A DNA stretch of 64,000 nt from Verrucomicrobiota bacterium (GCA_039798785.1 JBDKFG010000011.1:20600-84599), one strand, 5' to 3'. Positions 28,305-37,836 are shown, numbered from the stretch's first letter. The notes: a model not told the origin generated them from the letters alone. Translations and numbers: made by a program.

Positions 28305-29945
28305 ATGAAGGAACTGAGCAAGGAAAATCAGCAGACGCTTGAACGGATCCGTCGCGAGAAGGAGCTGAAGGAGCGTCTGGAGCGAGTGCCGAAGCTGCGT
28401 CCTTTGCAGGTGATCATTCCCGTCGGATTGCTGCTGGTGGTGATCGGGCTTTCGGTGACCTTCAGCCTGAGTGCCGACAAGAAGCCGCGGACAAGCGGCA
28501 ATCCTTTGATGACGGCGAAGGGGCGCGAGGCGCCGCTGATCGCCAAGCCGGCGCTCCCTGCCGATTTGGAAGCAGTGCCCGGAGCGAGGCTGGTGGATGT
28601 GCCTGAGAAGATTCCGCTGGACGGGGTGCGCGAGGCTTTGAAGAAGCAGGAGGAATGCAGCCTGCAGCGCGGCCTGCCGGTAGAGGTGAAGAACCGCTTC
28701 GGCATCAGCTTCCGCCTTGTCCCGGAGGGCAGTTTCCTGATGGGCTCACCGCCTTCCGAGGCCGGGCGCACCGATCTCGAGGAGCTGCACAGCGTCCATA
28801 TCGCCAAGCCCTTCTACATGAGCGTCACGGAAGTGACGCAGGAGCAGTGGCACGCGGTGATGTCGATCTGGGCCGAAGAGCAGTTCGCATCTCTGCCGGG
28901 GCTCAGTCCGGAGCAGCGGCTCATCGTCCAGACTCGCCTCGGGGAGATCGGTCGTCCGGCTTACCAGGTGGTCCAGAAAGGCATGGCTTCCGCCGATCCC
29001 TCCATCGTCGCTCTCTGCCAGGCCGCCTCACTCGACATCGCTCGCCGCCTCAACGACGATCCCTACCGGCCCGATTACGCTGCCGCCTGGATCAGCTTCC
29101 TCGACTGCCAGGAATTCCTCCGCATTCTCAACCGCGAGCTCGGGCTCGCCCCCTACACCTACAGCTTCGCCTCCGAAGAACAGTGGGAATATGCCTGCCG
29201 GGCCGGCACCACCACGCCCTGGTCCTTCGGCAGCAGCTTCCTCGACTCGGCCCATTACATGTCCTGCCAGGAGACCGACTCGGTCCACCTTCCCGCCGGC
29301 AGCCGCGCCCCCAACGCCTGGGGCCTGCGCGACCTGCACGGCGGACTCTACGAATGGACCGGCAGCCCGATCTTCCACTATGAGTGCGGGCCGGAATTCT
29401 TCGCTGACGACGGCTATCCCGAGGGCGATCTGCCCATCGTCAACTCGGCCGGCGAATGGGCGAGCAAGGAGAATTTCCGTCTCGCCCGCCGCACCAAGGG
29501 GATCCAGCAAGGGATCTACTTCATCGATCGCAACAAGGACGGCGGCTTCAATCTCGGCGAGATGATCTTCGCTGACGATGCGGTGGTCAGCCCAGGAACC
29601 TTCGAGCCCGGCAAGGACCTTGTCATCTTCAACGGCGGCATCACCAACCAGAAGCCTGAGACCTATGCCGGCGAACGCGGCATCACCGGCAAGCTGCGCT
29701 ATCAGGATATCAACGAGAACAGCCGCTGGGACAAGGGCGAACCGGTCTGGCAGACTTCGATGTTCCTGCGCAGCGGGGACGCCGGTTGGTACGCCGTCCG
29801 CGGCGGCCGCTGGTCCGACAAGATGATCGACTGCCGCTCGGCCCTGCGCTACAAATTCGCCAACACCTCGCGCGGCCCAGGCCTCGGCCTGCGCCTCGTC
29901 CGCAATCTCCATGACGCCCCCGCCTACGATCCCTCGCAGCCCTGA
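28305..29945 (+). CDS. Membrane-anchored formylglycine-generating enzyme (SUMF1) domain protein with insertions
   Basis: FLMGSP, EVTQEQW, EEQWEYACRAGT, PNAWGLRDLHG..YEW, RGGRW, GLRLVR. Confidence 0.85.
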   Translation: MKELSKENQQTLERIRREKELKERLERVPKLRPLQVIIPVGLLLVVIGLSVTFSLSADKKPRTSGNPLMTAKGREAPLIAKPALPADLEAVPGARLVDVPEKIPLDGVREALKKQEECSLQRGLPVEVKNRFGISFRLVPEGSFLMGSPPSEAGRTDLEELHSVHIAKPFYMSVTEVTQEQWHAVMSIWAEEQFASLPGLSPEQRLIVQTRLGEIGRPAYQVVQKGMASADPSIVALCQAASLDIARRLNDDPYRPDYAAAWISFLDCQEFLRILNRELGLAPYTYSFASEEQWEYACRAGTTTPWSFGSSFLDSAHYMSCQETDSVHLPAGSRAPNAWGLRDLHGGLYEWTGSPIFHYECGPEFFADDGYPEGDLPIVNSAGEWASKENFRLARRTKGIQQGIYFIDRNKDGGFNLGEMIFADDAVVSPGTFEPGKDLVIFNGGITNQKPETYAGERGITGKLRYQDINENSRWDKGEPVWQTSMFLRSGDAGWYAVRGGRWSDKMIDCRSALRYKFANTSRGPGLGLRLVRNLHDAPAYDPSQP

Positions 29946-30057
29946 GATGCTCGGGGCGCCCGGGGCTCATGAACTCTCGCATTCCCCTTGAGTCTGCTTC
30001 TAGCGGAGCTAGATTGCGCACCTCATTCCTTCATCCAGCCTTTCCCCGGAGCCCCCC

Positions 30058-30510
30058 ATGTCCATCGAAGCCCAAATCGCCCAAGACCTGAAAGCCGCCA
30101 TGATCGCCAAGGATCAGTTCCGCCTCGCCGCCGTGCGCGAGATCAAAGGGGCCATCATCAAGCTCTCCACCCTCGGCACCGGCGCCCCCGGCGACGAAGA
30201 CATCCTCAAGGCGATCAAGACCCTGATCAAAGAGAAGAACGAAACCCTCGAGCACGCCCGCAAAGCCGAGCGCGCCGAGATGATCGCCGAAGAGGAGGCC
30301 AAGCTGAAAGTGCTGCAGAGCTACCTGCCCGCCGCGCTCAGCGAAGCCGAGCTCAAGGCGATCGTCGCAGCCGCCGTGGCCAACACCGGCGCCAAGACCC
30401 AGAAGGAAATGGGCCTGGTGATGAAGGCCGCCCGCGAAGCCATCGCCGCCACCGGCAAGGATTCCGACGGCAAGACCCTTTCCGAGCTGATCAAGGCCGC
30501 TCTCTCCTGA
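30058..30510 (+). CDS. GatB/YqeY domain protein
   Basis: DLKAAMIAKD, YLPAALSEAEL, KEMGLVMK, DGK. Confidence 0.9.
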   Translation: MSIEAQIAQDLKAAMIAKDQFRLAAVREIKGAIIKLSTLGTGAPGDEDILKAIKTLIKEKNETLEHARKAERAEMIAEEEAKLKVLQSYLPAALSEAELKAIVAAAVANTGAKTQKEMGLVMKAAREAIAATGKDSDGKTLSELIKAALS

Positions 30511-31124
30511 TGGACCTGGCTCTGCCCATCGTTCTCTTCGGTGCCGTCGATTTCGAGCAGACCCTGCTCGGGCTCCGCGGCCATCTCCTCGTCCTGCCGG
30601 TTTGCGCCGTCCTCACCGCCCTGCCGGTCTTGGCCCTCGCCGCCGCCTTCCTGCGCGTCCGCAGCCCTGAGGCCGCCAGCCGCTTCAGCCGCGAACGAAT
30701 CGCCGGAGCCGTCCTCGCCAGCTTCGCTCTCCTCTGGGGCGGCCTCGAGGCCCACATCCTCCTCGGTCAGGACTTCGGCATGATCACCCAGCTCCTTCCC
30801 TACCTGGTGCCGGCCGCCATCGTCGCCACCGCCCTGTGGATGGATTACCTCCTCGCCCGCGCCCTCGCCGGCATCTTCCTCCTCCTCGTCTGCCAGCTCC
30901 TGCCCCTCGCCTTCGCCGCCGCCGTTCCCGGACGCCTCTGCCTCGCCCTCTCGCTCTACCCCCTCGCCATCGCCGCGATGTTTGTCCTGGGGCAGCCTTG
31001 GCGCCTCCGCGATTGGCTCGAAAAGACCGCCAGCCGCCCCGCCCTCGCCAAGGCCGCCGCCGCCGGACTCGGACTCGCCACCCTCGCCTTCGTCATCCCG
31101 GGACTCCTAGGCCATGTTCGCTGA
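30510..31124 (+). CDS. Hypothetical multi-pass membrane protein
   Basis: TGATG coupling; about six TM helices; DYLLARALA and PWRLRDWL motifs. Confidence 0.7.
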   Translation: MDLALPIVLFGAVDFEQTLLGLRGHLLVLPVCAVLTALPVLALAAAFLRVRSPEAASRFSRERIAGAVLASFALLWGGLEAHILLGQDFGMITQLLPYLVPAAIVATALWMDYLLARALAGIFLLLVCQLLPLAFAAAVPGRLCLALSLYPLAIAAMFVLGQPWRLRDWLEKTASRPALAKAAAAGLGLATLAFVIPGLLGHVR

Positions 31125-31803
31125 ATTCGTCCAGCGCGATGCCGCCCTCCTGACCCGTTGCGGACTCCGCGACAGCCTCGAGGTCTTCCTCCCCAAGGCC
31201 GAAGCCCTCGCCCGTGAAGTCCTGCGCCTCAATGCCCTCCACAACCTGACCCGGATCACCGAGCCGGAGCCTTTCTGGACCCGCCACATCCTCGACTCGC
31301 TCCTCGGCGCCACCGCCCTGCCCGGCCTTCTTGACGGCAGCCTCCAGGGAGAAGTCCTCGACATCGGCTGCGGCGGCGGTTTCCCCTGCCTTCCCTTGGC
31401 CCTCGCCAACCCCTCGCTCCGCATCACCGGTATGGATTCCGAGGGCAGCAAGGTCGAATCGGTCCGCGAGGCTGCCAAGACCCTCGGCCTGCACAATCTC
31501 CAGGCGGTCAAGGACCGCGCCCGCGAAGCCGGCCGCAAGCCCGAATTCGCCGGCCGTTTCGCCGTCATCACCGCCCGCGCTGTCGCCGAGACCGGTGAGC
31601 TCATCCCGGAAGTCCGCAAGATGCTCGCCCCCGGCGGCCTCTTCTTCCTCTACAAAACTCCCGAAGCGGTGGAAAAGGAAATGGCCCTCGCCAAACGCGA
31701 AGCGGCCAAGGCCAAGCTCGAACTCAGCTTCTCCGACATCATCGACCTCGGGCCGGCCGGGAAGAGACAGTTTGTCAGCTGCAGGGCCTCGGTCGGATCA
31801 TGA
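31114..31803 (+). CDS. rsmG: 16S rRNA m7G527 methyltransferase
   Basis: NLTRI, HILDSL, DIGCGGGFP, TARAVA. Confidence 0.9.
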   Translation: MFAEFVQRDAALLTRCGLRDSLEVFLPKAEALAREVLRLNALHNLTRITEPEPFWTRHILDSLLGATALPGLLDGSLQGEVLDIGCGGGFPCLPLALANPSLRITGMDSEGSKVESVREAAKTLGLHNLQAVKDRAREAGRKPEFAGRFAVITARAVAETGELIPEVRKMLAPGGLFFLYKTPEAVEKEMALAKREAAKAKLELSFSDIIDLGPAGKRQFVSCRASVGS

Positions 31804-32264
31804 GGTTTTGGGGATACATCCTGATCTTAGTTGCGATGGTCTCATTCTTTGTCTTTGGTCGTGAAATCTACCAGTATTCTCAATCCCAAGATTGGCCATC
31901 GGCTCCTGGAGTTGTTATAAAATCCGGGATTAGCAAGAAAGATTCAGGACGCCGCGGCAAAAGTTCCAGTGTCTATATCAGTTATTCCTTTCAAGTGAAT
32001 GGAACGGGATATACTGGGCATAGATATTCATTTTTTTTCGATCATGATGACATCAAGAATCGCGACTCCTTTCTGGCGGAGCATCAACCAGGCAAGGTCA
32101 TCAAGGTTTTCTATAATCCAGAGAAAATTGAAGACAATGCGATGTCCCTAAGCTTTCCCACGACTTTCTACATCCGCTTGGCCATAATGGTGATCGCATT
32201 TATTGGCGGGGTCTGGATTTTTCTGTATGACAAGAAAAAAAGATCGCGCCGCAAGAAAACATGA
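31800..32264 (+). CDS. DUF3592-like membrane protein
   Basis: TM-SQDWPSAPGVV...YSFQVNG..Y...VFYNPE-TM; AT-richer than flanks. Confidence 0.75.
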   Translation: MRFWGYILILVAMVSFFVFGREIYQYSQSQDWPSAPGVVIKSGISKKDSGRRGKSSSVYISYSFQVNGTGYTGHRYSFFFDHDDIKNRDSFLAEHQPGKVIKVFYNPEKIEDNAMSLSFPTTFYIRLAIMVIAFIGGVWIFLYDKKKRSRRKKT

Positions 32265-32816
32265 AAAATCTTGGAGAAATGTTTCTCATGGCAATGCACA
32301 AACATTTTTTCCTCCATCATGCTATTGGGCGTTGTTTTGGGTTTGCTTGTCGCCATTCTGATCGGCTGCTTCACCCCTCTCTTCCTTGCGTATGTTTGTG
32401 CGTTTTGGGCCCTCATTCTCTTTGGCGCGATCAGTTTTTTGACTGGATCGTGGTATGTCGGCATTCGGCGTAGTGGCGGCCAAGCGCGATCCTGGCTCTT
32501 GCCAACGGCCAAGATCACTGCCTTCCTGGTTCTGCTCAGCCTTGTGCTCGTTGTTAGTGCCTATACAGCCGGAAAACGCCGGGAGCGCGTGGCGATCTAT
32601 TATGCACTTCGCGTCGATCCTGCTATCGAAGCCTGGAAGCTCAGAAATGGTCGCTATCCCGCCAAGCTTGAGGAGGTGCCGAATTTGCCGCGAGCGCCGC
32701 GATTTTTGCGCCATAGCATCAGCAGTGACGGCAAGTCATGGAGTCTAAGCTACTCCGATGGCGGCTTCGGTTTTTGGTTTTACGATTCCCAGACCAAGAC
32801 TTGGATTCGAGACTGA
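32261..32816 (+). pseudogene. Membrane protein paralog 1, apparently frameshifted just after the start (or starting at TTG 32271)
   Basis: Homologous to 35987-36505; begins ATGAAAAATC (A5) versus ATGAAAATC (A4) in the paralog. Confidence 0.55.
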
Positions 32817-32868
32817 TTTTCGCTTGGCACGAATCTGTGAATACTCGAGAATAACTAAGGAACCCTCC

Positions 32869-33924
32869 ATGAAATCCGACTTCATCGCCATCATCCTGGT
32901 CTGTTGGGCTATTGGTTGTTCCACGCAAAAGCCCCGGGCGAGCTTCAATGACCGGGTCGCGGCTGAACAGCTGCAAGAGGCTGCCAAGCTGGGCTCTGTC
33001 GAAGAAGTGAAACGACTCATTGCTGCGGGGACCGCCTGTGATGTCGCCAACCAGGATGGCCGTTTGCCCATCCATCTGGCCGCCGGAAGAGGCCACGTTG
33101 AAGTGGTGAAACTGCTGCTGGATGCGGGCGTCAAGGTCGACGCAAAGGCCAAGGATGGCAGCCAGGCGATCCATCATGCGGCCTATAAAGGCCAAGACGA
33201 AGTGGTCAAGTTGCTTATTGCGGCGGGAGCCGAGGCCGATGCCGACAGCCTTGGCGAGCCTTCCAGCCAGCCGATTTTTGAAGCGGCGGCCAAGGGCCAT
33301 GCCGGCGTGGTCAAGATTCTTCTGGCTGCGGGAGCCAAAATCGACCGCAGAGGAAAAGATGGAGCGCAACCGATTCACGGTGCGATCCTCGATGGCCAAC
33401 TGGAAACGGTGAAGCTTCTCCTAGCTTCGGGTGCTCGTTTGGATGCTCAGATCCACAGCGGCGCCCAGCTCTTGGATGCGGCGGCATATAGCGGCTATCC
33501 CGACATCGTCAAGGAACTTCTGGCTGCGGGTGCCAAGGTGGATGCCTGTGATAGAAAAGGCCGGCAAGCGATCCATGTCGCCGCTATGAAGGGCCATCTT
33601 GAGATCTTGCATATACTTTTGGCGGCTGGCGCCAAAGTCGACGCCCAATCAGACATGGGCGGTCAGCCGATTCACGAAGCTTCCTGGGCCGGGCATGTCG
33701 AAGTGGTCAAAGTTCTCCTTGCCGCTGGAGCCAAGGTCGATGCCTCCTACCAGGGAAGTCAGCCGATTCATGCTGCTGCGATGGGCGGCCATGGTGCCGT
33801 GGTCAAGCTTCTGCTCGCGCAGGGTGCCCAATTGCAGGCTCAAAACCGCCAAGGAAAAACTCCTCGTGCCCTCGCGCTTGAATGCGGGCATCAGGCGCTT
33901 GCAGCCGAGTTGCAGGGCCTTTGA
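32869..33924 (+). CDS. Ankyrin-repeat lipoprotein
   Basis: Lipobox-like AIGC; about nine repeats of G.QPIH.AA..GH.EVVK.LLAAGA.VD. Confidence 0.9.
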   Translation: MKSDFIAIILVCWAIGCSTQKPRASFNDRVAAEQLQEAAKLGSVEEVKRLIAAGTACDVANQDGRLPIHLAAGRGHVEVVKLLLDAGVKVDAKAKDGSQAIHHAAYKGQDEVVKLLIAAGAEADADSLGEPSSQPIFEAAAKGHAGVVKILLAAGAKIDRRGKDGAQPIHGAILDGQLETVKLLLASGARLDAQIHSGAQLLDAAAYSGYPDIVKELLAAGAKVDACDRKGRQAIHVAAMKGHLEILHILLAAGAKVDAQSDMGGQPIHEASWAGHVEVVKVLLAAGAKVDASYQGSQPIHAAAMGGHGAVVKLLLAQGAQLQAQNRQGKTPRALALECGHQALAAELQGL

Positions 33925-33984
33925 GTCGTTTGCTTCTTTGGCACGAATCCCGCTTGTAGCCGCCTCCTCACAGGAGACTTCTTC

Positions 33985-34129
33985 ATGCTCGGCACCTCGC
34001 TTTCCTCCTGGCCTTCCTACTCCGAAGAAGAGGCGGCACTGGTCTCCCAGGTGCTGCTCTCCAACCGGGTGAACTACTGGACCGGACGGATCTGCCGCGA
34101 CTTCGAGGCAGATTACGCGGCGCATTGCC
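33985..34129 (+). pseudogene. Truncated 5' copy of the degT-family gene
   Basis: Near-identical to 36566-36710, then fused to a copy of the rsmG 3' end. Confidence 0.85.
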
Positions 34130-34201
34130 GAACTCAGCTTCTCCGACATCATCGACCTCGGGTCGGCCGGGAAGAGACAGTTTGTCAGCTGCAGAGCCTC
34201 G
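34130..34201 (+). repeat. Duplicated 3' end of rsmG
   Basis: Matches 31720-31791 with two substitutions. Confidence 0.9.
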
Positions 34202-34277
34202 TCCTGAAAGCTTTGCAGAAACTTGTCTAAGCTCGCTTCGAGCCTATACTTTCGGATCAAATTTCCGGGATCCTTTT

Positions 34278-35957
34278 ATGCCTTTCCTCAATACCAGCAG
34301 CTCCGAGTTCCGTAAGCTCCGAGAGAGCGGCGCTTATCTGGTCGACAAGTCGATGATCGTCCGTGATCTCCTTGATGCGGAAGACTCGATCCTCATCGCC
34401 CGTCCCCGTCGCTTCGGCAAGACCATCAACATGAGCCTGATGCAAGAGTTTTTCCGCTGCGACAAGCAAGATCACCAGGAGCTCTTCAAGGGCATGAAGA
34501 TCCTCGATGATGCCAAGGCTTGCGAGCATATGGGCAAGCACCCGGTGATCTTCATCACTCTCAAGGACTGGCAGCCGGGTAAACTGACTGAGCTACAGGA
34601 TAAATTGACCAAGACCATGGCGGAGCTGATCAGTCACTTCGATTATGCCCTGCCCTCACTGAATGCCTCCGAGATCCAGGGACTGGAGCTTGTCCAAAAA
34701 CGCCAGGGTAGCCTCGCCGACTTGCAGGACTCGCTGCGTCTCCTCGGCAAGGCCCTCCATCTCCACTGGGGGCAGCCTCCGGTGATCATCGTCGACGAAT
34801 ACGACTCGCCCATTCACGCCGCTTATGAAGGCGGCTTTTATCCCCAGGCGATCAAGTTTCTGCGTCCTTGGTTCGCCGCCGCCTTCAAGGGTAACGAAAA
34901 TCTCTTCAAGGGCGTCCTCACCGGCATCCTGCGGATCTCTAAGGAATCGCTATTCTCCGGCCTCAACAACATCAAGGCCTACACCCTTCTCAGCAGCCAC
35001 AGCGCCCGCTTCCAAGACAAATTCGGCTTCACCGAGGCAGAGGTCGGCCAGTTCCTTTGCGACTTCGGCAAAGCCGATCACATCGCCAATTGCCGTGCCT
35101 GGTACAACGGCTACACCGTCGGTGACGCCGTGGGCATCTACAATCCCTACTCGATCGCCAACTTCGTCGCTGATGTCCATTCCCGATTCCAAGCCCACTG
35201 GGTCAACACCTCGGGCAATGTCCTGATCTGGACCAGCCTTGAAAAAGCCCGTCCGCACCTGCAGGAAGCGATGCAGAAAATCCTCGCCGGCGAAGCCGTG
35301 CGCATCGAGGTCAATGAAGCCACCGCCCTCAGCGAACTTCCCTCTTCCGCCGCCGTCTGGTCGCTCTTCGTCCACTCCGGTTACCTCAAGGCCAGCGAGG
35401 GCCGCTGCGTCGACGGACAAACCAGCTTTCTCCTTGAGCTGCCCAACTTTGAAATGATCGAGGTCTTCCGCGGCTTCGTCACCCGCAGCTTCGAAAAAGT
35501 CGGCTTGGAACGGGATCAGATGCCCTTCGTCTTGCTCCGCGACGACAAGTTCGACAAGCTTGAAAAACTCCTGCGTGAATACTTCCTCGCCTGCGGCTCC
35601 TACTATGACTTGAACCAGAGCCAGGAACAATTCATCCACGGCCTTTTCTTCGGCATCGCCGTCCACCTGCGCAGCGACTACCTCATCGAATCCAATCCCG
35701 AAAGCGGTGAAGGCCGCGCCGACATCCTGATGATCCCCCGCAATCTCGACTCGGGGCTCAGCGCCAAGATCATCGAGTTCAAAATCGCCAAGGGCCGCGA
35801 ATCCCTCAAGTCCGCCTTGGCTCACGCTTTCCAGCAGATCGACTCGAAAGATTACGCCGCCAAGGTCCGTGAAGCCGGCTGCTTGAAACTGACCCAGATC
35901 GGCATCGCCACCAAGGGCAAGTCGATCGCCATCGAAGTGCGGCGGATGGACTCATAA
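34278..35957 (+). CDS. AAA-ATPase-like protein with a C-terminal PD-(D/E)XK nuclease domain
   Basis: YLVDKS, RPRRFGKT, IVDEYDSP, ESLFSGLNN, WYNGY, GRADI..IIEFK. Confidence 0.9.
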   Translation: MPFLNTSSSEFRKLRESGAYLVDKSMIVRDLLDAEDSILIARPRRFGKTINMSLMQEFFRCDKQDHQELFKGMKILDDAKACEHMGKHPVIFITLKDWQPGKLTELQDKLTKTMAELISHFDYALPSLNASEIQGLELVQKRQGSLADLQDSLRLLGKALHLHWGQPPVIIVDEYDSPIHAAYEGGFYPQAIKFLRPWFAAAFKGNENLFKGVLTGILRISKESLFSGLNNIKAYTLLSSHSARFQDKFGFTEAEVGQFLCDFGKADHIANCRAWYNGYTVGDAVGIYNPYSIANFVADVHSRFQAHWVNTSGNVLIWTSLEKARPHLQEAMQKILAGEAVRIEVNEATALSELPSSAAVWSLFVHSGYLKASEGRCVDGQTSFLLELPNFEMIEVFRGFVTRSFEKVGLERDQMPFVLLRDDKFDKLEKLLREYFLACGSYYDLNQSQEQFIHGLFFGIAVHLRSDYLIESNPESGEGRADILMIPRNLDSGLSAKIIEFKIAKGRESLKSALAHAFQQIDSKDYAAKVREAGCLKLTQIGIATKGKSIAIEVRRMDS

Positions 35958-35986
35958 ATGGACTCGATCGGAAAGGCGGATCTTGC

Positions 35987-36505
35987 ATGAAAATCAAATT
36001 AGCATTTGCCATATTGGGTTTGTTATCCGCCATTCTGATCGGCTGCTACACATCCTTGCTCCTCTCATTTGTTTTTGCGTTTTGGGGCGTCGTCCTCTTT
36101 GGCTCGATCAGTTTTTTGACTTGGTCCTGGTATGTCGGAATTCGCCGGACTGGCGGCGAGGCGAGATCATGGCTCTTGCCAACGGCCAAAATCACGGGCT
36201 TCCTGGTTCTGCTGAGTGCAGTTCTCGTTATCACGACATTTGCTGCGCAAAAACGCCGGGAAAGTGTGGCGATCTATTACGCACTACGCATCGATCCCGC
36301 TCTCGAAGCCTGGAAGCTTAAGAATGGTCGATATCCCGCCAAGCTTGAGGATGTGCAGTGTTTGCCGAGGGCTCCCCGGTTTTTGCGCCAAGCGCATAGC
36401 TATAGCATTAGCAGCGACGGCAAGTCCTGGAATCTGTGCTTCTCTGACGGTGGCTTCGGCCTTTGGTTTTACGACTCCCAAACCAAGTCTTGGTGCCGAG
36501 ACTGA
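35987..36505 (+). CDS. Membrane protein paralog 2
   Basis: Three TM helices plus NGRYPAKL motif; paralog of 32261-32816. Confidence 0.7.
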   Translation: MKIKLAFAILGLLSAILIGCYTSLLLSFVFAFWGVVLFGSISFLTWSWYVGIRRTGGEARSWLLPTAKITGFLVLLSAVLVITTFAAQKRRESVAIYYALRIDPALEAWKLKNGRYPAKLEDVQCLPRAPRFLRQAHSYSISSDGKSWNLCFSDGGFGLWFYDSQTKSWCRD

Positions 36506-36518
36506 TTGGCTGAATTCC

Positions 36519-36534
36519 TGGCACGAATCCCGCT
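36519..36534 (+). promoter_or_regulatory. Candidate sigma-54 promoter upstream of degT (second copy at 33939-33954)
   Basis: TGGCACGAATCCCGCT has GG-N10-GC spacing with TGGCACG at -24; the -12 element is imperfect. Confidence 0.4.
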
Positions 36535-36565
36535 TGTTGCTCCCCTCATCACAGGAGATTCCTTC

Positions 36566-37741
36566 ATGCTCGGCACCTCGCTTTCCCCCTGGCCTTCCTA
36601 CTCCGAAGAAGAAGCGGCGCTGGTCTCCCAGGTGCTGCTCTCCAACCGGGTGAACTACTGGACCGGACGGATCTGCCGCGACTTCGAGGCGGATTACGCG
36701 GCGCATTGCCAAGTGCCTTATGCCGTGGCCTGCACCAACGGCACCGTCGCCCTCGATCTCGCCTGGAAAGGACTTGGCATCGGTCCTGGCGATGAAGTCA
36801 TCGTCTCGCCCCGCTCCTTCTTGGCCAGCGTCAGCAGCATCGTCAACGCCGGCGCCACCCCGGTCTTCGCCGACATCGATCGCGATTCACAAAACCTCTG
36901 CCCCCGCGCTGCTGCCGCCGCGATCACGCCACGCACCCGCGCCATCCTCTGCATCCACCTCGCTGGATGGCCCTGCGACATGGACGCCTTCCGAGCTCTT
37001 TGCGACGAGCGCAAAATCTGGCTGGTCGAGGACTGCGCCCAGTCGCACGGCGCCCTCTGGAAGGGACGCCCCACCGGCTCCTTCGGCGACGCCGCCGCCT
37101 TCTCCTTCTGCCAGGACAAGATCATCACCACCGGCGGCGAAGGCGGCATGCTGGTCACGCCGCACCAGAAGTGTTGGGACATCGCCTGGTCCTACAAGGA
37201 TCACGGCAAGTCCTACGAAGCGATGACGACGCGCGTCCATCCTCCCGGCTTCCGCTGGGTCCACGAGAGCTTCGGCACCAACTGGCGGATGATCGAAATA
37301 CAGGCCGTTCTCGGGCGTTATCAGCTCGCCCGTCTCGACGGCATGTTGAGTCGTCGCGAGGCCAACGCCCGCCGCATCTGGGCCGCTTGCGAGGCGACCG
37401 GTCTTTTGCGGGTGCCGCAAGTGCCCTCGCACATCCGGCACGCTTGCTACAAGGCCTACGCATTTGTCCGTCCCGAGCGTCTAAAACCCGGCAAGACCCG
37501 TCAGGAAATGATCGAGGCGATCAACGCCCGCGGCATCCCCTGCCAAGGCGGCTCCTGCTCCGAGATGTACCTCGAAAAAGCCTTCGACGGCACTCCCTGG
37601 CGTCCCGCCGAGCGACTCCCGGTGGCGAAAGAATTGGGCGAGACCTCGCTGATGTTCCTTTGTCACCCGACCTTGCGCGACGACGAGATCGAGCGGATCT
37701 GCGCCGTGATCACCGAGGTGGCGGCGGAGTTCCGTGTGTGA
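36566..37741 (+). CDS. DegT/DnrJ/EryC1/StrS PLP-dependent sugar aminotransferase
   Basis: NGTVAL, GPGDEVIV, EDCAQSHGA, SFCQDKIITTGGEGG. Confidence 0.93.
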   Translation: MLGTSLSPWPSYSEEEAALVSQVLLSNRVNYWTGRICRDFEADYAAHCQVPYAVACTNGTVALDLAWKGLGIGPGDEVIVSPRSFLASVSSIVNAGATPVFADIDRDSQNLCPRAAAAAITPRTRAILCIHLAGWPCDMDAFRALCDERKIWLVEDCAQSHGALWKGRPTGSFGDAAAFSFCQDKIITTGGEGGMLVTPHQKCWDIAWSYKDHGKSYEAMTTRVHPPGFRWVHESFGTNWRMIEIQAVLGRYQLARLDGMLSRREANARRIWAACEATGLLRVPQVPSHIRHACYKAYAFVRPERLKPGKTRQEMIEAINARGIPCQGGSCSEMYLEKAFDGTPWRPAERLPVAKELGETSLMFLCHPTLRDDEIERICAVITEVAAEFRV

Positions 37742-37776
37742 GGGATGAGAAGAGCTAACAGCCCCGGGAGCGTAAA

Positions 37777-37811
37777 AACACCACGAAGGCCATGGCGGTC
37801 TTCGTGGTGTT
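37777..37811. terminator. Long hairpin between convergent genes
   Basis: AACACCACGAAGGCC-atggc-GGTCTTCGTGGTGTT. Confidence 0.65.
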
Positions 37812-37836
37812 GGCATCGACTGAGCTCGAAGGCGTT

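Noticed and set aside
33985..34277. DegT-RsmG fusion protein, or an N-terminally extended AAA ATPase from TTG 34125
   Set aside because: The rsmG segment is read out of its native frame in both cases, so these are by-products of the duplication junction.
31800..36505. Integron cassette array
   Set aside because: No integron integrase and no recognisable attC (RYYYAAC...GTTRRRY) palindromes between the cargo genes.
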